DNA of 64,000 bases from Patescibacteria group bacterium (GTDB lineage: Bacteria; Patescibacteriota; Minisyncoccia; Phycocordibacterales; DATDWN01), in the NCBI GenBank assembly GCA_013816135.1, contig JACDEV010000001.1, positions 28,994-92,993 on the forward strand. Reading direction: 5' to 3'. Both the position numbers and the translations under genes were made by a program. This document shows positions 39,516-49,703 of this stretch, in pieces; the first letter of the stretch is position 1, and each line of letters starts with the position of its first letter. Below the pieces are notes generated by a model that had not been told where the DNA came from, searched no databases, and saw only the letters and a program-made list of their open reading frames with translations.

Positions 39516-39770
39516 ATGAAAATAATTTTGACGAAAAGAAGTCACGATTGGCATGCTTGCCTTGATGGAAACACCGTCATTTGGGGGTGTGGAGAATCAC
39601 CCAAAGAGGCTATTGGAGACCTGATATACTCGCATCAAGCTATGTTTCCAATCTTGGTCGTCAATCAAGAACAAACATCTGAACCATTTGCTCACAATCG
39701 AGTGGAGCTACCTGGAGGCAAAGTGGTTATGATGACTGACCAGGAGTTTTCTGCAGACTGCAATAGGTAA
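39516..39770 (+). CDS. Orphan small protein
   Basis: TTGACA(39470)-N17-TATTAT, SD GAGGT; WGCG-x-S-x-x-EAI resembles a HicB-like N-terminal motif (weak). Confidence 0.7.
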   Translation: MKIILTKRSHDWHACLDGNTVIWGCGESPKEAIGDLIYSHQAMFPILVVNQEQTSEPFAHNRVELPGGKVVMMTDQEFSADCNR

Positions 39771-39783
39771 AGAAGTAACCACG

Positions 39784-40271
39784 CCCGCTCGACAGCACTA
39801 CCCGTGCAGTCGCGCGGGTTTTGCTTTGAATTCCCAAAAATGGAAAATTCTGATCGAGTCTCTTTTTGAATTTCGAGATTATCTCCCCTCCTAATATGCA
39901 AATATAAGTTAATATGTATAATGAAAACAGAAAGGAGCTCTTGTGGTTAACAAATCTCAACGAAACGACCCTCGTTTCTGGAAAAAGTGGCACAACGCTG
40001 GTGCTGTCTTCGGGAAAATGACTCGCGAAACCCTTGAGCAAATGTTTAATCGCAAGATTGCTCAGCGTATTGGGGTTTCCATCGAAGAAGTTCGATTAAA
40101 CATGGTCCAGTGCTCATGCTGTTGGACTCCTGAATTCAGAGCTCGAATGAGGAAAGCTATCATAGAGGTTGGGGGTGACCCTAGCTCTGTCCATGATCCT
40201 CTATTCTAACCCACTCCATAACGACAGACCCGCTCGACAGCACTACCCGTGCATCGCGCGGGTTTTGCTTT
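39784..40271 (+). repeat. Duplicated ~44-bp terminator-like hairpin (39784-39827 and 40229-40271)
   Basis: cccgctcgacagcactacccgtgca(g)tcgcgcgggttttgcttt after each of two adjacent small ORFs. Confidence 0.85.
39943..40209 (+). CDS. Orphan small protein
   Basis: TATAAT, SD AAGGAG, GTG start; CSCC motif. Confidence 0.7.
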   Translation: MVNKSQRNDPRFWKKWHNAGAVFGKMTRETLEQMFNRKIAQRIGVSIEEVRLNMVQCSCCWTPEFRARMRKAIIEVGGDPSSVHDPLF

Positions 40272-40273
40272 AT

Positions 40274-40708
40274 TTAATTTACCTTCTCCCACCCAATTAC
40301 TGGATGTAGTTCCCACCAACGATGGGCAATATCATATCTAGTTACACCCCATATCTTTATTTTATCTCCTGAAATTGGAAGTGTTAATGGATATTCAGGT
40401 ATTATTTCTGTAACCAGAGTACCTGATTTACTTTTAATATTTATATGTACATCTCCATCTTGAGCAGAAACAACATCTGTTACTGTACCTTCCAAACTTG
40501 CTCGAGGCCCAGCATACAATCCGCTATTTAAAATTCCTATGTCGATTAAAGGATAATTAGCGGTCTCTTTTGCCAACATTTGCCGTCGCATGAAAAAACC
40601 ATAAACAGGTGTTATGAATTGTGGATTATATAAGGTGTAGTTTAGGAAAAAATCAAATGCCACAAAGGCAAAAATAATTAAAAATATTTTAGCGAATTTT
40701 ATTTTCAC
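40274..40708 (-). CDS. Membrane-anchored OB-fold-like hypothetical protein
   Basis: N-terminal TM; DGDVH, EI, WELHPV motifs. Confidence 0.65.
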   Translation of the reverse strand: MKIKFAKIFLIIFAFVAFDFFLNYTLYNPQFITPVYGFFMRRQMLAKETANYPLIDIGILNSGLYAGPRASLEGTVTDVVSAQDGDVHINIKSKSGTLVTEIIPEYPLTLPISGDKIKIWGVTRYDIAHRWWELHPVIGWEKVN

Positions 40709-40790
40709 AGATTTATTATATCATTTTTTAAAACTGGGTTGATTGACAATAACCAGCTTGAATAGTATTTTTCACCTAGAGGAGGATGGA

Positions 40791-41255
40791 ATGAGAAAAC
40801 CTATCAAACTCGACATCCTTCAATGGATAAGAGTGCAGAGAAAATATCTACCACCATTACGGCTGGGGGTAATTTCACTTCGAATTGACCGAAGTTGGAC
40901 TGAAATTTCTCAGTATGGAATGAAATATTTGGCGACTGAGTTGATTGTTCGATGGCCAAGGTTCCTAATGATAAGATTAGATTTAGCTAATTATCATGTA
41001 GGAGGTTTCCTTGAGCCACACATCGATCCAACTTTCGAAGAAGTGCGCCAATACAATTCTATATTAGTCCTAAAAAGTCCTGAAGTAGGTGGCGAATTGA
41101 TTTCGGAAAAGTTTGTCTATAACAGTAAGTACTTGAAGATCATCGAGCCAAATAGATATCAGCACGAAGTTACTAAAATCACGCAAGGCGAAAGACTTGT
41201 GTTGAATCTAAGCCTCCGTTTTTCTTTTGAAAAGCTTCCTTCTCCCCCGTTCTGA
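40791..41255 (+). CDS. 2OG-Fe(II) oxygenase-like protein
   Basis: HID...GGEL...HEVT...R facial-triad pattern; TTGACA-N17-TATTTT; SD GGAGG; hairpin at 41262-41292. Confidence 0.75.
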   Translation: MRKPIKLDILQWIRVQRKYLPPLRLGVISLRIDRSWTEISQYGMKYLATELIVRWPRFLMIRLDLANYHVGGFLEPHIDPTFEEVRQYNSILVLKSPEVGGELISEKFVYNSKYLKIIEPNRYQHEVTKITQGERLVLNLSLRFSFEKLPSPPF

Positions 41256-41359
41256 AAAACCAAGACCGCTCGCCTTAAAAGCCAGCGGTCTTCTTCATGA
41301 GAATTTTAGTATATATATGTTATAAAAAATAAAGAATTGTTCCATTTTTAGGAGGTTGT

Positions 41360-42151
41360 GTGAACAGGATTTACATGTTTTTGATGGTAATTGCAACTGT
41401 TTTGCTTTGGTCTTGTGGCACAGGAAGTAATCCAGTAGAACCAAGCAGGGAAAGTGATGTAATCTTTTCAGATGGTTTCAGTACTTACAGTAATGGATTA
41501 ATTACCAATGAATTTGCATATTGGAATCCAAACAATCCAAATGCAAAACATTCGATTATTTGGGAACTTACAAGTGGCTCACTTTTTGCTCAAAATGGTG
41601 AAGGATGGACTGGAATTCCTGACAATATAGGTCCTAATGCATTGTCTACAAACGGAACGAACTCTGCTGTCTTTCGTCTAACTACAAAAAGAAGTGACTT
41701 CAGAGATGTTTCTGTAAGTTTTTCTTTGCTCAATCAAAACTTAGTAGAAACCTCCATAACTCCACAGAGTAGTGTAGACGGCGTTCATTTCTTTCTACGC
41801 TACCAAAGTGAGGAAAATCTTTATTACGCCAGTATAAATCGAAGAGATAATACGGCAGTGATAAAGAAAAAAATCCCGGGTGGAATCTCAAATGGTGGAA
41901 CCTATTACGAGTTGAGTTCTTACGTAAGTCACACGGTTCCGTATGGAAGTTGGCAAAATGTAACCTCAACAATAAAGAACAACACTGACGGATCAGTATC
42001 AATTGAACTTTATTCTGAAGGCCAACTGGTAGTCCAAGCTAATGATAAAGGGAATGTAGGAGGACCACCAATACTAAACGCAGGAAAGTTGGGTATTAGG
42101 GGTGACAACGCAAACCTAAAGTTCAAGAACTTTGTTGTAAAGTCATTCTAA
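41360..42151 (+). CDS. Lipoprotein with a beta-sandwich (concanavalin-like) domain
   Basis: Lipobox LWSC; beta-rich; GKLGIRGDN; SD AGGAGG; terminator at 42157-42178. Confidence 0.7.
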   Translation: MNRIYMFLMVIATVLLWSCGTGSNPVEPSRESDVIFSDGFSTYSNGLITNEFAYWNPNNPNAKHSIIWELTSGSLFAQNGEGWTGIPDNIGPNALSTNGTNSAVFRLTTKRSDFRDVSVSFSLLNQNLVETSITPQSSVDGVHFFLRYQSEENLYYASINRRDNTAVIKKKIPGGISNGGTYYELSSYVSHTVPYGSWQNVTSTIKNNTDGSVSIELYSEGQLVVQANDKGNVGGPPILNAGKLGIRGDNANLKFKNFVVKSF

Positions 42152-42226
42152 CTTTTAAAAGGCTGGTAACAGCCTTTTGCTTTTATCCATTTGCCACATT
42201 AACCAACCACTAGTATTCTTAATAAT

Positions 42227-43219
42227 ATGCAAACATATAAAGATACGCTTAGCTGGCAGGCGCTTGGAAGAATAGTGATTACAGCTGCTTTGGTGTTACT
42301 AGCTTGGAAATCAGTTGAAGCTATTGTCCTAATTCTAATCTCACTTGTTCTGAGTGTGGCTATGTACCCTATTGTGGAAAAATTTCATAAAAAAATGCCA
42401 CTCCTACCAGCTACTATCTTGGTGCTATTACTTTTACTTATTCCTCTTATAGGACTCATCGTATATATAGTAATGAATCTAACTTCTCAATTTCCACAAA
42501 TAGTAGAAGCTGTAAATTCTATACTCCACAGTTCTCGATTTCTTTCTAGTTTAACTGGAAATATAGATATCTCAACTTATCTGCAAAATTATTCTGGATT
42601 ACTTCTGAGCTCAACAAAAAATATTGCTATAACAGCCACGGAAGTTTTGACTGTCTTTTTTCTTTCATTCTACCTTATATACGACTACAAAATCCTTTTT
42701 AATTTATTTTTAAATTTCTTTTCTAATGATGAAAAGAAAAAAGTGACTGAAGTCTTGTCCGAAGTTGCTAGAGTAACGGGCTTATATGTCAGAGGAAATG
42801 TTTTGATATCAATTATTTCCGGAGTAGTTATTTATATTGGCTTACTTTTGCTTCATATTCCTTTTGCTCTTCCACTTGCCTTATTTACTGCAGTACTTGA
42901 TCTTCTCCCTTTGGTTGGACCTACAATAGGAAGTTTGCCAGCTATTCTTATCGGTTTTGCGATATCTCCATTTCAAGGATTTTTAGTAATTATCCTATAT
43001 TTTACTTATCAGCAACTGGAGAATGTCTTTATCAGTCCTGTAATATATAATCAGGCATTAAATCTTTCTCCTGCATTAACCTTCCTTGCAGTGGTAATAG
43101 GTGGCACAGTATTCGGTATCATTGGTGCACTTTTTGCTTTACCTGTTGCGGCGAGCATTCCTGTCTTAATGAAATATAAGGAAGAGTATACGCAAAGGCA
43201 TCAAGAAGTTTCTAATTAA
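42227..43219 (+). CDS. AI-2E family transporter
   Basis: Multi-TM; LLPLVGP, QQLENVFISP, GIIGALFALP. Confidence 0.9.
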   Translation: MQTYKDTLSWQALGRIVITAALVLLAWKSVEAIVLILISLVLSVAMYPIVEKFHKKMPLLPATILVLLLLLIPLIGLIVYIVMNLTSQFPQIVEAVNSILHSSRFLSSLTGNIDISTYLQNYSGLLLSSTKNIAITATEVLTVFFLSFYLIYDYKILFNLFLNFFSNDEKKKVTEVLSEVARVTGLYVRGNVLISIISGVVIYIGLLLLHIPFALPLALFTAVLDLLPLVGPTIGSLPAILIGFAISPFQGFLVIILYFTYQQLENVFISPVIYNQALNLSPALTFLAVVIGGTVFGIIGALFALPVAASIPVLMKYKEEYTQRHQEVSN

Positions 43220-43224
43220 TAAAA

Positions 43225-43800
43225 ATGACAAACTCAGAACAAGATGGAGAGCAGATATTTTTGCTCGAAGCTTTGCGCAAATTCAAACAAATTGGTTCCA
43301 TACTTCCTAGCAGTAAATATCTTGGAAAAAGTATGGCTAAGTTTGTTTCAGGAAAAGAAGGATTTGTAGTTGTGGAGCTTGGCGCAGGTACTGGAGTAAT
43401 CACAAAAGAAATTCTAAAAAAACTTTCTAAAACTGGAAGGCTTATTGCTTTTGAGAACAACAAAGATCTCGCTGAATACCTCCGACAAAACATAATGGAC
43501 CCAAGACTAATAGTTTTGGAAAAAAATGTCTTGTCTATGAAAAAATATCTTAACGATCTTGGGTATAGCAAAGTGGATTGTATTATTTCCGGACTACCAC
43601 TAGGAACTATAAAAAAATCTGATAGAACGAAGATACTAGAAACTATACAAAAACTACTAAAGAAAGATGGAGCTTACATCCAATTTCAATATTTTCTTTC
43701 TTCCCTTTCTATGATAAAAAAACACTTTAGCCGGACAAAGATAAAGAATTATGAGCTTCGAAATTTTCCACCAGCTTTTGTCTATGAGTGCAAGAAATAG
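43225..43800 (+). CDS. Phospholipid N-methyltransferase-like SAM methyltransferase
   Basis: IGSILPSS, VVELGAGTG, IISGLP, QFQY, NFPPA. Confidence 0.85.
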   Translation: MTNSEQDGEQIFLLEALRKFKQIGSILPSSKYLGKSMAKFVSGKEGFVVVELGAGTGVITKEILKKLSKTGRLIAFENNKDLAEYLRQNIMDPRLIVLEKNVLSMKKYLNDLGYSKVDCIISGLPLGTIKKSDRTKILETIQKLLKKDGAYIQFQYFLSSLSMIKKHFSRTKIKNYELRNFPPAFVYECKK

Positions 43801-43907
43801 CATTGACTTTTTCACTTTTTTATGATACTAATTTGGGCAGAGCTGAAGTTTGCCAAGAGGTAAACAGCATACGTTCATTGACGTTTCTAGATGTTAAAAG
43901 GAAAAGT

Positions 43908-45086
43908 ATGAAAGAATTTGAAAGAGGTTTTGCACTAATAGTATTAGTACTATTAGGCTCCGTCTGGTATTCAATGGGATTTCTGGGGGTACTGGTAATC
44001 TTGGTTCTTATTTCCGGTTTAATTGCTTCTTGTGTCTTTGCTGCGTGGCAAATGGCAAAAGCAGACATTCTATTCACATTTATCGGCATCGGTGAAATCA
44101 AAATGGTGGATAGAGGTGTCGGCAACTTCTGGAAGATTTTGGCTAATTTGCCAGGTCATCATGTTGAAGGCGAAAAAATCGTTGAAGATAGTAAAGAAGA
44201 ACATACAAAAAGTTATCTGGAAAAACGTTATGGTCTTTACTTTATCGGCTTCTCGCCGGCAAAGCTTCATGAATTTGAGTTTGTTCATGAAAGGATCAAT
44301 CCGGACATCAAAAAAGGTATGCCTCCAGACGAGTGGATCAAAAGGGATGATCATGCACAGAAAACCACCACTCTGCTCTGGGAGATTCCACATTGGTATT
44401 TGGTCTCCGGGGTAGAATTCCATGATCAAATGAGTGGTGAACTACTCTTCAATTGCATGTCACGAGTCACTAGACCTGTAGTTGCTATCTACCTTCGTAG
44501 AGGGCAATTCATCGACTATTCTGCACAATATGTAAACGGTGCAGTAATTGATTCTGTAAGAAATGAGAATTTTTCTGATCTTCAAGGTCTCCAGAAAATG
44601 GAGAGTGCAATTAAGGAAGAAGGAGGGAAAACACCTCTTTCAGAGGAAATTGTATCGAAGGTCAACGTGCTTCTTGAAGACGCTGTTGGTCTGAAGATGC
44701 AATGGGGATTTATTTCCCAGTACGATGCATCTGATAAGTCTGACCAGAAAGCGCTTGAAGCTAGAAAGGTAGCTCAATTAGAGGGTGAAGCTAAGATTGA
44801 GACAGCTAAGCAAGCTGTTGCAATCTCTAAGCAAACCGCAAAACAAACCAACATTGAAGCGAAAGCTCAGCTTAAAGCTGACGAGATCAAGTCTAAGGGA
44901 CAAATGTCAGGGCTAGAAGCTGCACTCAACATCATCAAGGAAAGATTCCCAGATATTGACCCATCAGAAGCTCTACAAAGAGCAACTGAACTTGCAGTCG
45001 CAACAAAAATGTCTCACCCACAATCTCCAGTAACAGTACTGGGAGCAAGTGTGAGTATTGGTGTTAAAACTGCGGAGAAAAAGTAA
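43908..45086 (+). CDS. Membrane protein with SPFH/band-7-like architecture
   Basis: N-terminal TMs, mixed domain, A/E/K-rich coiled coil; start set at MKEFER. Confidence 0.55.
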   Translation: MKEFERGFALIVLVLLGSVWYSMGFLGVLVILVLISGLIASCVFAAWQMAKADILFTFIGIGEIKMVDRGVGNFWKILANLPGHHVEGEKIVEDSKEEHTKSYLEKRYGLYFIGFSPAKLHEFEFVHERINPDIKKGMPPDEWIKRDDHAQKTTTLLWEIPHWYLVSGVEFHDQMSGELLFNCMSRVTRPVVAIYLRRGQFIDYSAQYVNGAVIDSVRNENFSDLQGLQKMESAIKEEGGKTPLSEEIVSKVNVLLEDAVGLKMQWGFISQYDASDKSDQKALEARKVAQLEGEAKIETAKQAVAISKQTAKQTNIEAKAQLKADEIKSKGQMSGLEAALNIIKERFPDIDPSEALQRATELAVATKMSHPQSPVTVLGASVSIGVKTAEKK

Positions 45087-45844
45087 TGTTTAAATACATT
45101 GCTGGAACTATTTTTGGGTTAATCATCATTGCTGTATGTGTTGGTCTATGGGCTAAATCACTAAATCCATCACTTCCTCCGGACTCACTTGAGGATTCAC
45201 CTGAAGCTATTAAGTGGAGACAAAAGTACTGGAAAAAACATGATTGGATACCGATTCTTGTCTTTCTACTCATGTTGCATGCAATGGCCTGGATGACTTG
45301 GCCCAATTCTTGGATGTCGATTTGGCAAGAGAGCGGTAAATTTTCTCTAACCAAAACAATAATGATCCTAGCTTTCCACGCTTTTGCGATCATTTTCTTC
45401 GACATACTACCAGAAAAAAAAGACAGTCCATGGAAATACCTCGTTGCAAGGATAGGTGTGGGACTCTGCTTTATCGGATTTTTGATAGTAATCGGGGCTC
45501 TTCCGTGGTTTGGTGAAAAATACTGGGAAGAGAAGGAGAAGGCTGAAATGGTAAGGGTTGCTTTAACTGAGGCGATTCGTATCGAACAGCAAAAACCTTT
45601 TGAAGTAACCGCTCCTGCTTATTATATCTTGAGTGAAAGAATCCTGACTCCAGAATATACAGAAGTAACTACTTCAGGTCCGATTTACGTCGTTACTGAC
45701 AGGGGTGACTGGATAGAGTATGAAAACAACCTAACTGAAAAGACTATTCTTCCTTACTACACTGCTGGAATGAGATTCACATCTAGAACGTTTGAAAATG
45801 AAGGAGAACATAAAAATGTTACGGTCATTGTAAAAAGACCCTAA
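45086..45844 (+). CDS. Orphan multi-TM membrane protein, translationally coupled
   Basis: TAATG overlap with the upstream gene; ~4 TM; terminator at 45855-45889. Confidence 0.7.
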   Translation: MFKYIAGTIFGLIIIAVCVGLWAKSLNPSLPPDSLEDSPEAIKWRQKYWKKHDWIPILVFLLMLHAMAWMTWPNSWMSIWQESGKFSLTKTIMILAFHAFAIIFFDILPEKKDSPWKYLVARIGVGLCFIGFLIVIGALPWFGEKYWEEKEKAEMVRVALTEAIRIEQQKPFEVTAPAYYILSERILTPEYTEVTTSGPIYVVTDRGDWIEYENNLTEKTILPYYTAGMRFTSRTFENEGEHKNVTVIVKRP

Positions 45845-45908
45845 CTACTATGAAAAACCGCGCTTATCCCTAAAGATGAGCGCGGTTTTCACTTTTGTTT
45901 ATTTTTGA

Positions 45909-46208
45909 TTATAAATTCAAATATTGCTGAGAAATTGGTTCATCGTTTAAATTAATACCAAACGAATACAGAACAAATTTTATAAGACCATATACAGAAA
46001 ACATCACAAACATGCCAACTAATCCCCATAAAATTGCATCTTGAGCTTGTTTTCTATCCTTATCACCAGCTTCAAGAGAAAGATATTTTACTATTCCCCA
46101 TGTAAAGTAAGCAAAAGCTAGAGCAAATGCCAAAAGAATTAAAGGGTTCAGAATCAATTTATTGACCTTATTTAAGAAAGGTACAATAGTAATTGAATTC
46201 GATGGCAT
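45909..46208 (-). CDS. TrbC/VirB2-like pilin (CPR type)
   Basis: Two TMs, FTWGIVKY...ILWGLVGMFVMFSVYGL. Confidence 0.75.
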   Translation of the reverse strand: MPSNSITIVPFLNKVNKLILNPLILLAFALAFAYFTWGIVKYLSLEAGDKDRKQAQDAILWGLVGMFVMFSVYGLIKFVLYSFGINLNDEPISQQYLNL

Positions 46209-46226
46209 ATATAAAAACTTAAATTA

Positions 46227-46574
46227 TTATAGACCTGGAACTGTAGGAAGTGGAACTGCAGTAACTGTGCTGATTCCTAATGCATTCTGAAGCCAAATAA
46301 CCAAACCATAAACAGAGACCATAACAGCAATAGCTATGACACCATAGATCATATGACTCTTTCCTTGTTCCTGAGCCTTTGGATCACCTGCACCTCGTAA
46401 GAACTGGATAACTCCCCAAAAGAAGAAGATTATGGCAAGAGCAAACATAATTGGAATGATCTTTGCAATGATCTGACCAATTGCAGTAACTAGTTGTGAA
46501 AGACCACTAAGGTTTCCCTGAGCAAATGCGAATGCTGGAGAGAAAGCCATGACTGCGTAAATAACTTTTTTCAT
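46227..46574 (-). CDS. TrbC/VirB2-like pilin
   Basis: Signal peptide AFA-Q; FFWGVIQF...GK..MIYGVIAIAVMVSVYGL. Confidence 0.8.
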   Translation of the reverse strand: MKKVIYAVMAFSPAFAFAQGNLSGLSQLVTAIGQIIAKIIPIMFALAIIFFFWGVIQFLRGAGDPKAQEQGKSHMIYGVIAIAVMVSVYGLVIWLQNALGISTVTAVPLPTVPGL

Positions 46575-46657
46575 ATTAAATTTTACTTATTGATATTATG
46601 TGTAATGACTTAATTCTACTATAAAAACGTTGGAAAACAAGGCTACTGTGGATAGCT

Positions 46658-47134
46658 TTAACAAGGATTTGCAGCAAAAGGATCTTCACCAGAAGTGCAG
46701 TGTCCAGGAGTTTGATATATACCACTTGAACCGCCAACTGTTCCAGTGAAGTTAGGAACAGTTGTATGACTCTCTAATGTAGTTCCACCTGCTCCAGCCC
46801 CTATTCCACTTGGTTTTATCCCAAGAGCATTTCCAATAAAGGAAATTATTCCCATTATGGAAATAATAACAAAGAGAGCAACCACTCCCCAAATCATTTT
46901 CTGTTTACCCTCATCTCGAGTTTTTGAATCTCCTGCATGTAAAATGAATTGTCCAACTCCCCAGAAGAAATACAGAAATGCCAAACCTATTATGACAGGT
47001 TCTGTAAGGTGTAATATTTGTCTAATATCCAAAAGCAAACCTTTAATCCCATCGAGTGCTGCAAAAGAAACAACTGGAAATAAAACCAACACTGACAATA
47101 TTGCAAATGATATTTTATTTATATTTTTTTTCAT
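46658..47134 (-). CDS. TrbC/VirB2-like pilin with a C-terminal extension
   Basis: FFWGVGQF...GKQKMIWGVVALFV; Gly/Thr-rich tail with two Cys. Confidence 0.75.
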   Translation of the reverse strand: MKKNINKISFAILSVLVLFPVVSFAALDGIKGLLLDIRQILHLTEPVIIGLAFLYFFWGVGQFILHAGDSKTRDEGKQKMIWGVVALFVIISIMGIISFIGNALGIKPSGIGAGAGGTTLESHTTVPNFTGTVGGSSGIYQTPGHCTSGEDPFAANPC

Positions 47135-47139
47135 AATTA

Positions 47140-47547
47140 TTATTTATTAGGATACCCTACTTTACTACTATATTCCGGCGTTAAAACATCAGTCCTGAGA
47201 AGTACTCCATTTGGATCAGAGCCACCTGCAAAAAACTCACCCGCAGCAAGTCCAACCAATATACGATAGGTTACCATAATAAAAAGTGCTAACACTCCCC
47301 AGATCATATATTGTTTTCCTTTTGCTATTTCCTCAGGTTTACTGGAGCTAAGGATGAACTTGGAAAGACCCCAGAAGAAAACAAGTGATGCAAGGATTTC
47401 TAATATAGGAATAAGGGTATTAACAATTTCAGTAGCATATTGAACTATAGTCTGGAAATTAGATCCTGCTAGATCGAAATCTGCTCCGAAAACAATAGTA
47501 GGTACATATAATAAAGTCAGAAGGAAAATAATTTTCAAAGTTTTCAT
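47140..47547 (-). CDS. TrbC/VirB2-like pilin
   Basis: FFWGLSKF...GKQYMIWGVLALF. Confidence 0.75.
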   Translation of the reverse strand: MKTLKIIFLLTLLYVPTIVFGADFDLAGSNFQTIVQYATEIVNTLIPILEILASLVFFWGLSKFILSSSKPEEIAKGKQYMIWGVLALFIMVTYRILVGLAAGEFFAGGSDPNGVLLRTDVLTPEYSSKVGYPNK

Positions 47548-47548
47548 G

Positions 47549-47938
47549 TTAAGTAGTTAATGCCGTTACTGTATTCTCAACAACCTGTGCAATCCCTGCG
47601 GCACCCAGCAATATACCAGCACCAATCAAAGCCCAGAGTAATCGTTGTTTAGCTATCTTGATTTCCTTGGGGTTACCTTGAGCTAAGACAAAACTGAAAC
47701 CTGCCCAGATAATCCAAACAACCACAATTACAGACGCTACAGGCATAATTATATTTTTAAGTATAGTTTTCAATAAAGCTGGAAGTGAATCACCTGCTTT
47801 TTTTGCTGGATTATCAATTCTTATATCATATGTTTGGGGAGGATTTACAAGCGGAGCTGATGGGACAGATGCACTAATGAAAAAAGGAACGGAGAGTAGA
47901 AACAAAAACATCAAAAGAAAACTTTTTTGTATTTTCAT
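47549..47938 (-). CDS. TrbC/VirB2-like pilin
   Basis: IIWAGFSFVLAQGNP...AK..LLWALIG. Confidence 0.8.
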   Translation of the reverse strand: MKIQKSFLLMFLFLLSVPFFISASVPSAPLVNPPQTYDIRIDNPAKKAGDSLPALLKTILKNIIMPVASVIVVVWIIWAGFSFVLAQGNPKEIKIAKQRLLWALIGAGILLGAAGIAQVVENTVTALTT

Positions 47939-47943
47939 AAAAA

Positions 47944-48423
47944 TTATTTAAAAAATATTACAGGTTTATCTAGCAAAGAATTTGTTATCAAAGTGACAAT
48001 AAGCCATGCAGCCAATATAAATCCCATTCCTATTAACACTTTTACCAACATAGCATTAATCTTGGTTCTTTCACTAGGATTAGAGCCATTTATCATGTAC
48101 TTAAATCCTGCCCAAGCTAATATAACCACGCAAAACATCAATGCAAACTTCGATCCCCAAGCAACGATATCTACTGTTGCCGCAACCAAGTCCTTGAGAC
48201 CACAATTACCATACACTGCTGTGTCTCCAGAACCTTGAATGCATTCATAGGTTATACCCGTATTAGTATTTTTTCTGACCGGCTCATTGACTGGATTAGA
48301 GGATGGATTAACAAGGGGAGCATCTGTTGCGTAAATTACGACAGGTAGAACTAATAAGCAACAGAATAAAATAAGTATTGGTAAGAATAAAAATTTGTTT
48401 TTTATATTATTTGAAAATCTCAT
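47944..48423 (-). CDS. TrbC/VirB2-like pilin with an N-terminal Cys pair
   Basis: LAWAGFKYM..G.NP...LIGMGFILAAWLIV. Confidence 0.75.
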   Translation of the reverse strand: MRFSNNIKNKFLFLPILILFCCLLVLPVVIYATDAPLVNPSSNPVNEPVRKNTNTGITYECIQGSGDTAVYGNCGLKDLVAATVDIVAWGSKFALMFCVVILAWAGFKYMINGSNPSERTKINAMLVKVLIGMGFILAAWLIVTLITNSLLDKPVIFFK

Positions 48424-49703
48424 TTCAGTTCTGTTCCAAGCTCATCATTTGCAGTATTTAAAGCTTCGCTAACCCTATTTCTTCCGCTGGTTATTGATTC
48501 AATCATATCACGCAAAGTTCCTGCGCTTTTGTATGCATCAGGATCTATCCAAGAATGGGCAATTAAGGCGGAGCTATAAAAAACAGACCGGAATGCATCT
48601 GCTGGCTTATTAGATAACAAATCTCTTCTAACAGGAGGTAGGTTAGTTATAGTCTCTAATGCTGTCAAAGCTGTGGCTTCTGTAAGAGCGTTTACGGCAA
48701 GAAAGGACCCACCTATCTGTTTAGACTGCTTTACGATAGCTAGAGAGTACATATGACCAAAGACAGACTTCTTTGCTGAATCACGAATTTGAGGAACATA
48801 AGTAACATCAAAATTCAAATTAGAATTCTTCTGTTGGATTGGAAATATTTCACTAGCAAATCCAAGATACATAGAAAGATTACCAGACAAAAAGAAGTTG
48901 AGTGATGATGGCAATGCTCTGTTCCATGTATAAGTAGCAGAAGTAGGGTTGGAGAATTGAGTGTAGAAGTTAATTGCTGATGTGCCTGGAGCTATAGGGT
49001 AATCAAACTGAGAATTCAAAACAGCCATTACACCTTGACTAGTTCTGCTTGTTATCGGTGTTCCCGCTTGGAGCAAAAGCATTGAAATAATTTCTTTTGC
49101 GTTTGTAATATTTCTCCATTCACCTAACGCAATAGCACTTTTCAATATGTTTCCGGAGCTATCCTTATTTGTAATCTTGTCTACCAATGGGTATATCTGA
49201 TCCCAGTACTGAGGTGGTTGTGAGATTTGATTATTAGAAAACATATCTCGATTCCAATACAGAACCATAGGATCTATTATAAATGGAACAGCTACTATTC
49301 CATCTGTTGAAAGAAAGATTTCTCCTTCTTCAATAAATTTATCTTTAAAAGTCCTTGCTGGATAACTCTTGTAAGGAATTACAAAAAGCTTCTTACTATT
49401 CTTGTAGATAAAATCATCTCTGAGAATAACGATATCTGGACCGGTACCTTCAGCCAAAGCCTCCACGAATTCTGAGTCAAAGTTTGCTGTGTCCTTTTTT
49501 ACATAGGCAATTTTCACTTCCTTGTTTGATTTCAAAGTCGAATTTTGATATGCGCTATCAAATGCTTCGTTGGAAATAGTTCCCCAAACCACTAGATTTG
49601 CACTTTGTGGGGAGACAGTGGCTTTAGAAAGAGCAAAAACAGCAATTCCTACTACAGAAGAAATGCCGAAAATGGTAAGGATGGCTATCTTGAAATTACT
49701 CAT
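48420..49703 (-). CDS. Extracellular solute-binding protein (sugar-binding family 1-like)
   Basis: N-terminal TM, LVVWG, GPDI, LYWNRDMF, F.SG. Confidence 0.85.
   Translation of the reverse strand: MSNFKIAILTIFGISSVVGIAVFALSKATVSPQSANLVVWGTISNEAFDSAYQNSTLKSNKEVKIAYVKKDTANFDSEFVEALAEGTGPDIVILRDDFIYKNSKKLFVIPYKSYPARTFKDKFIEEGEIFLSTDGIVAVPFIIDPMVLYWNRDMFSNNQISQPPQYWDQIYPLVDKITNKDSSGNILKSAIALGEWRNITNAKEIISMLLLQAGTPITSRTSQGVMAVLNSQFDYPIAPGTSAINFYTQFSNPTSATYTWNRALPSSLNFFLSGNLSMYLGFASEIFPIQQKNSNLNFDVTYVPQIRDSAKKSVFGHMYSLAIVKQSKQIGGSFLAVNALTEATALTALETITNLPPVRRDLLSNKPADAFRSVFYSSALIAHSWIDPDAYKSAGTLRDMIESITSGRNRVSEALNTANDELGTELK

Noticed and set aside
39784-40271. Integron attC sites
   Set aside because: The repeats lack clear RYYYAAC/GTTRRRY ends, end in T-runs like terminators, and no intI gene is in the window.
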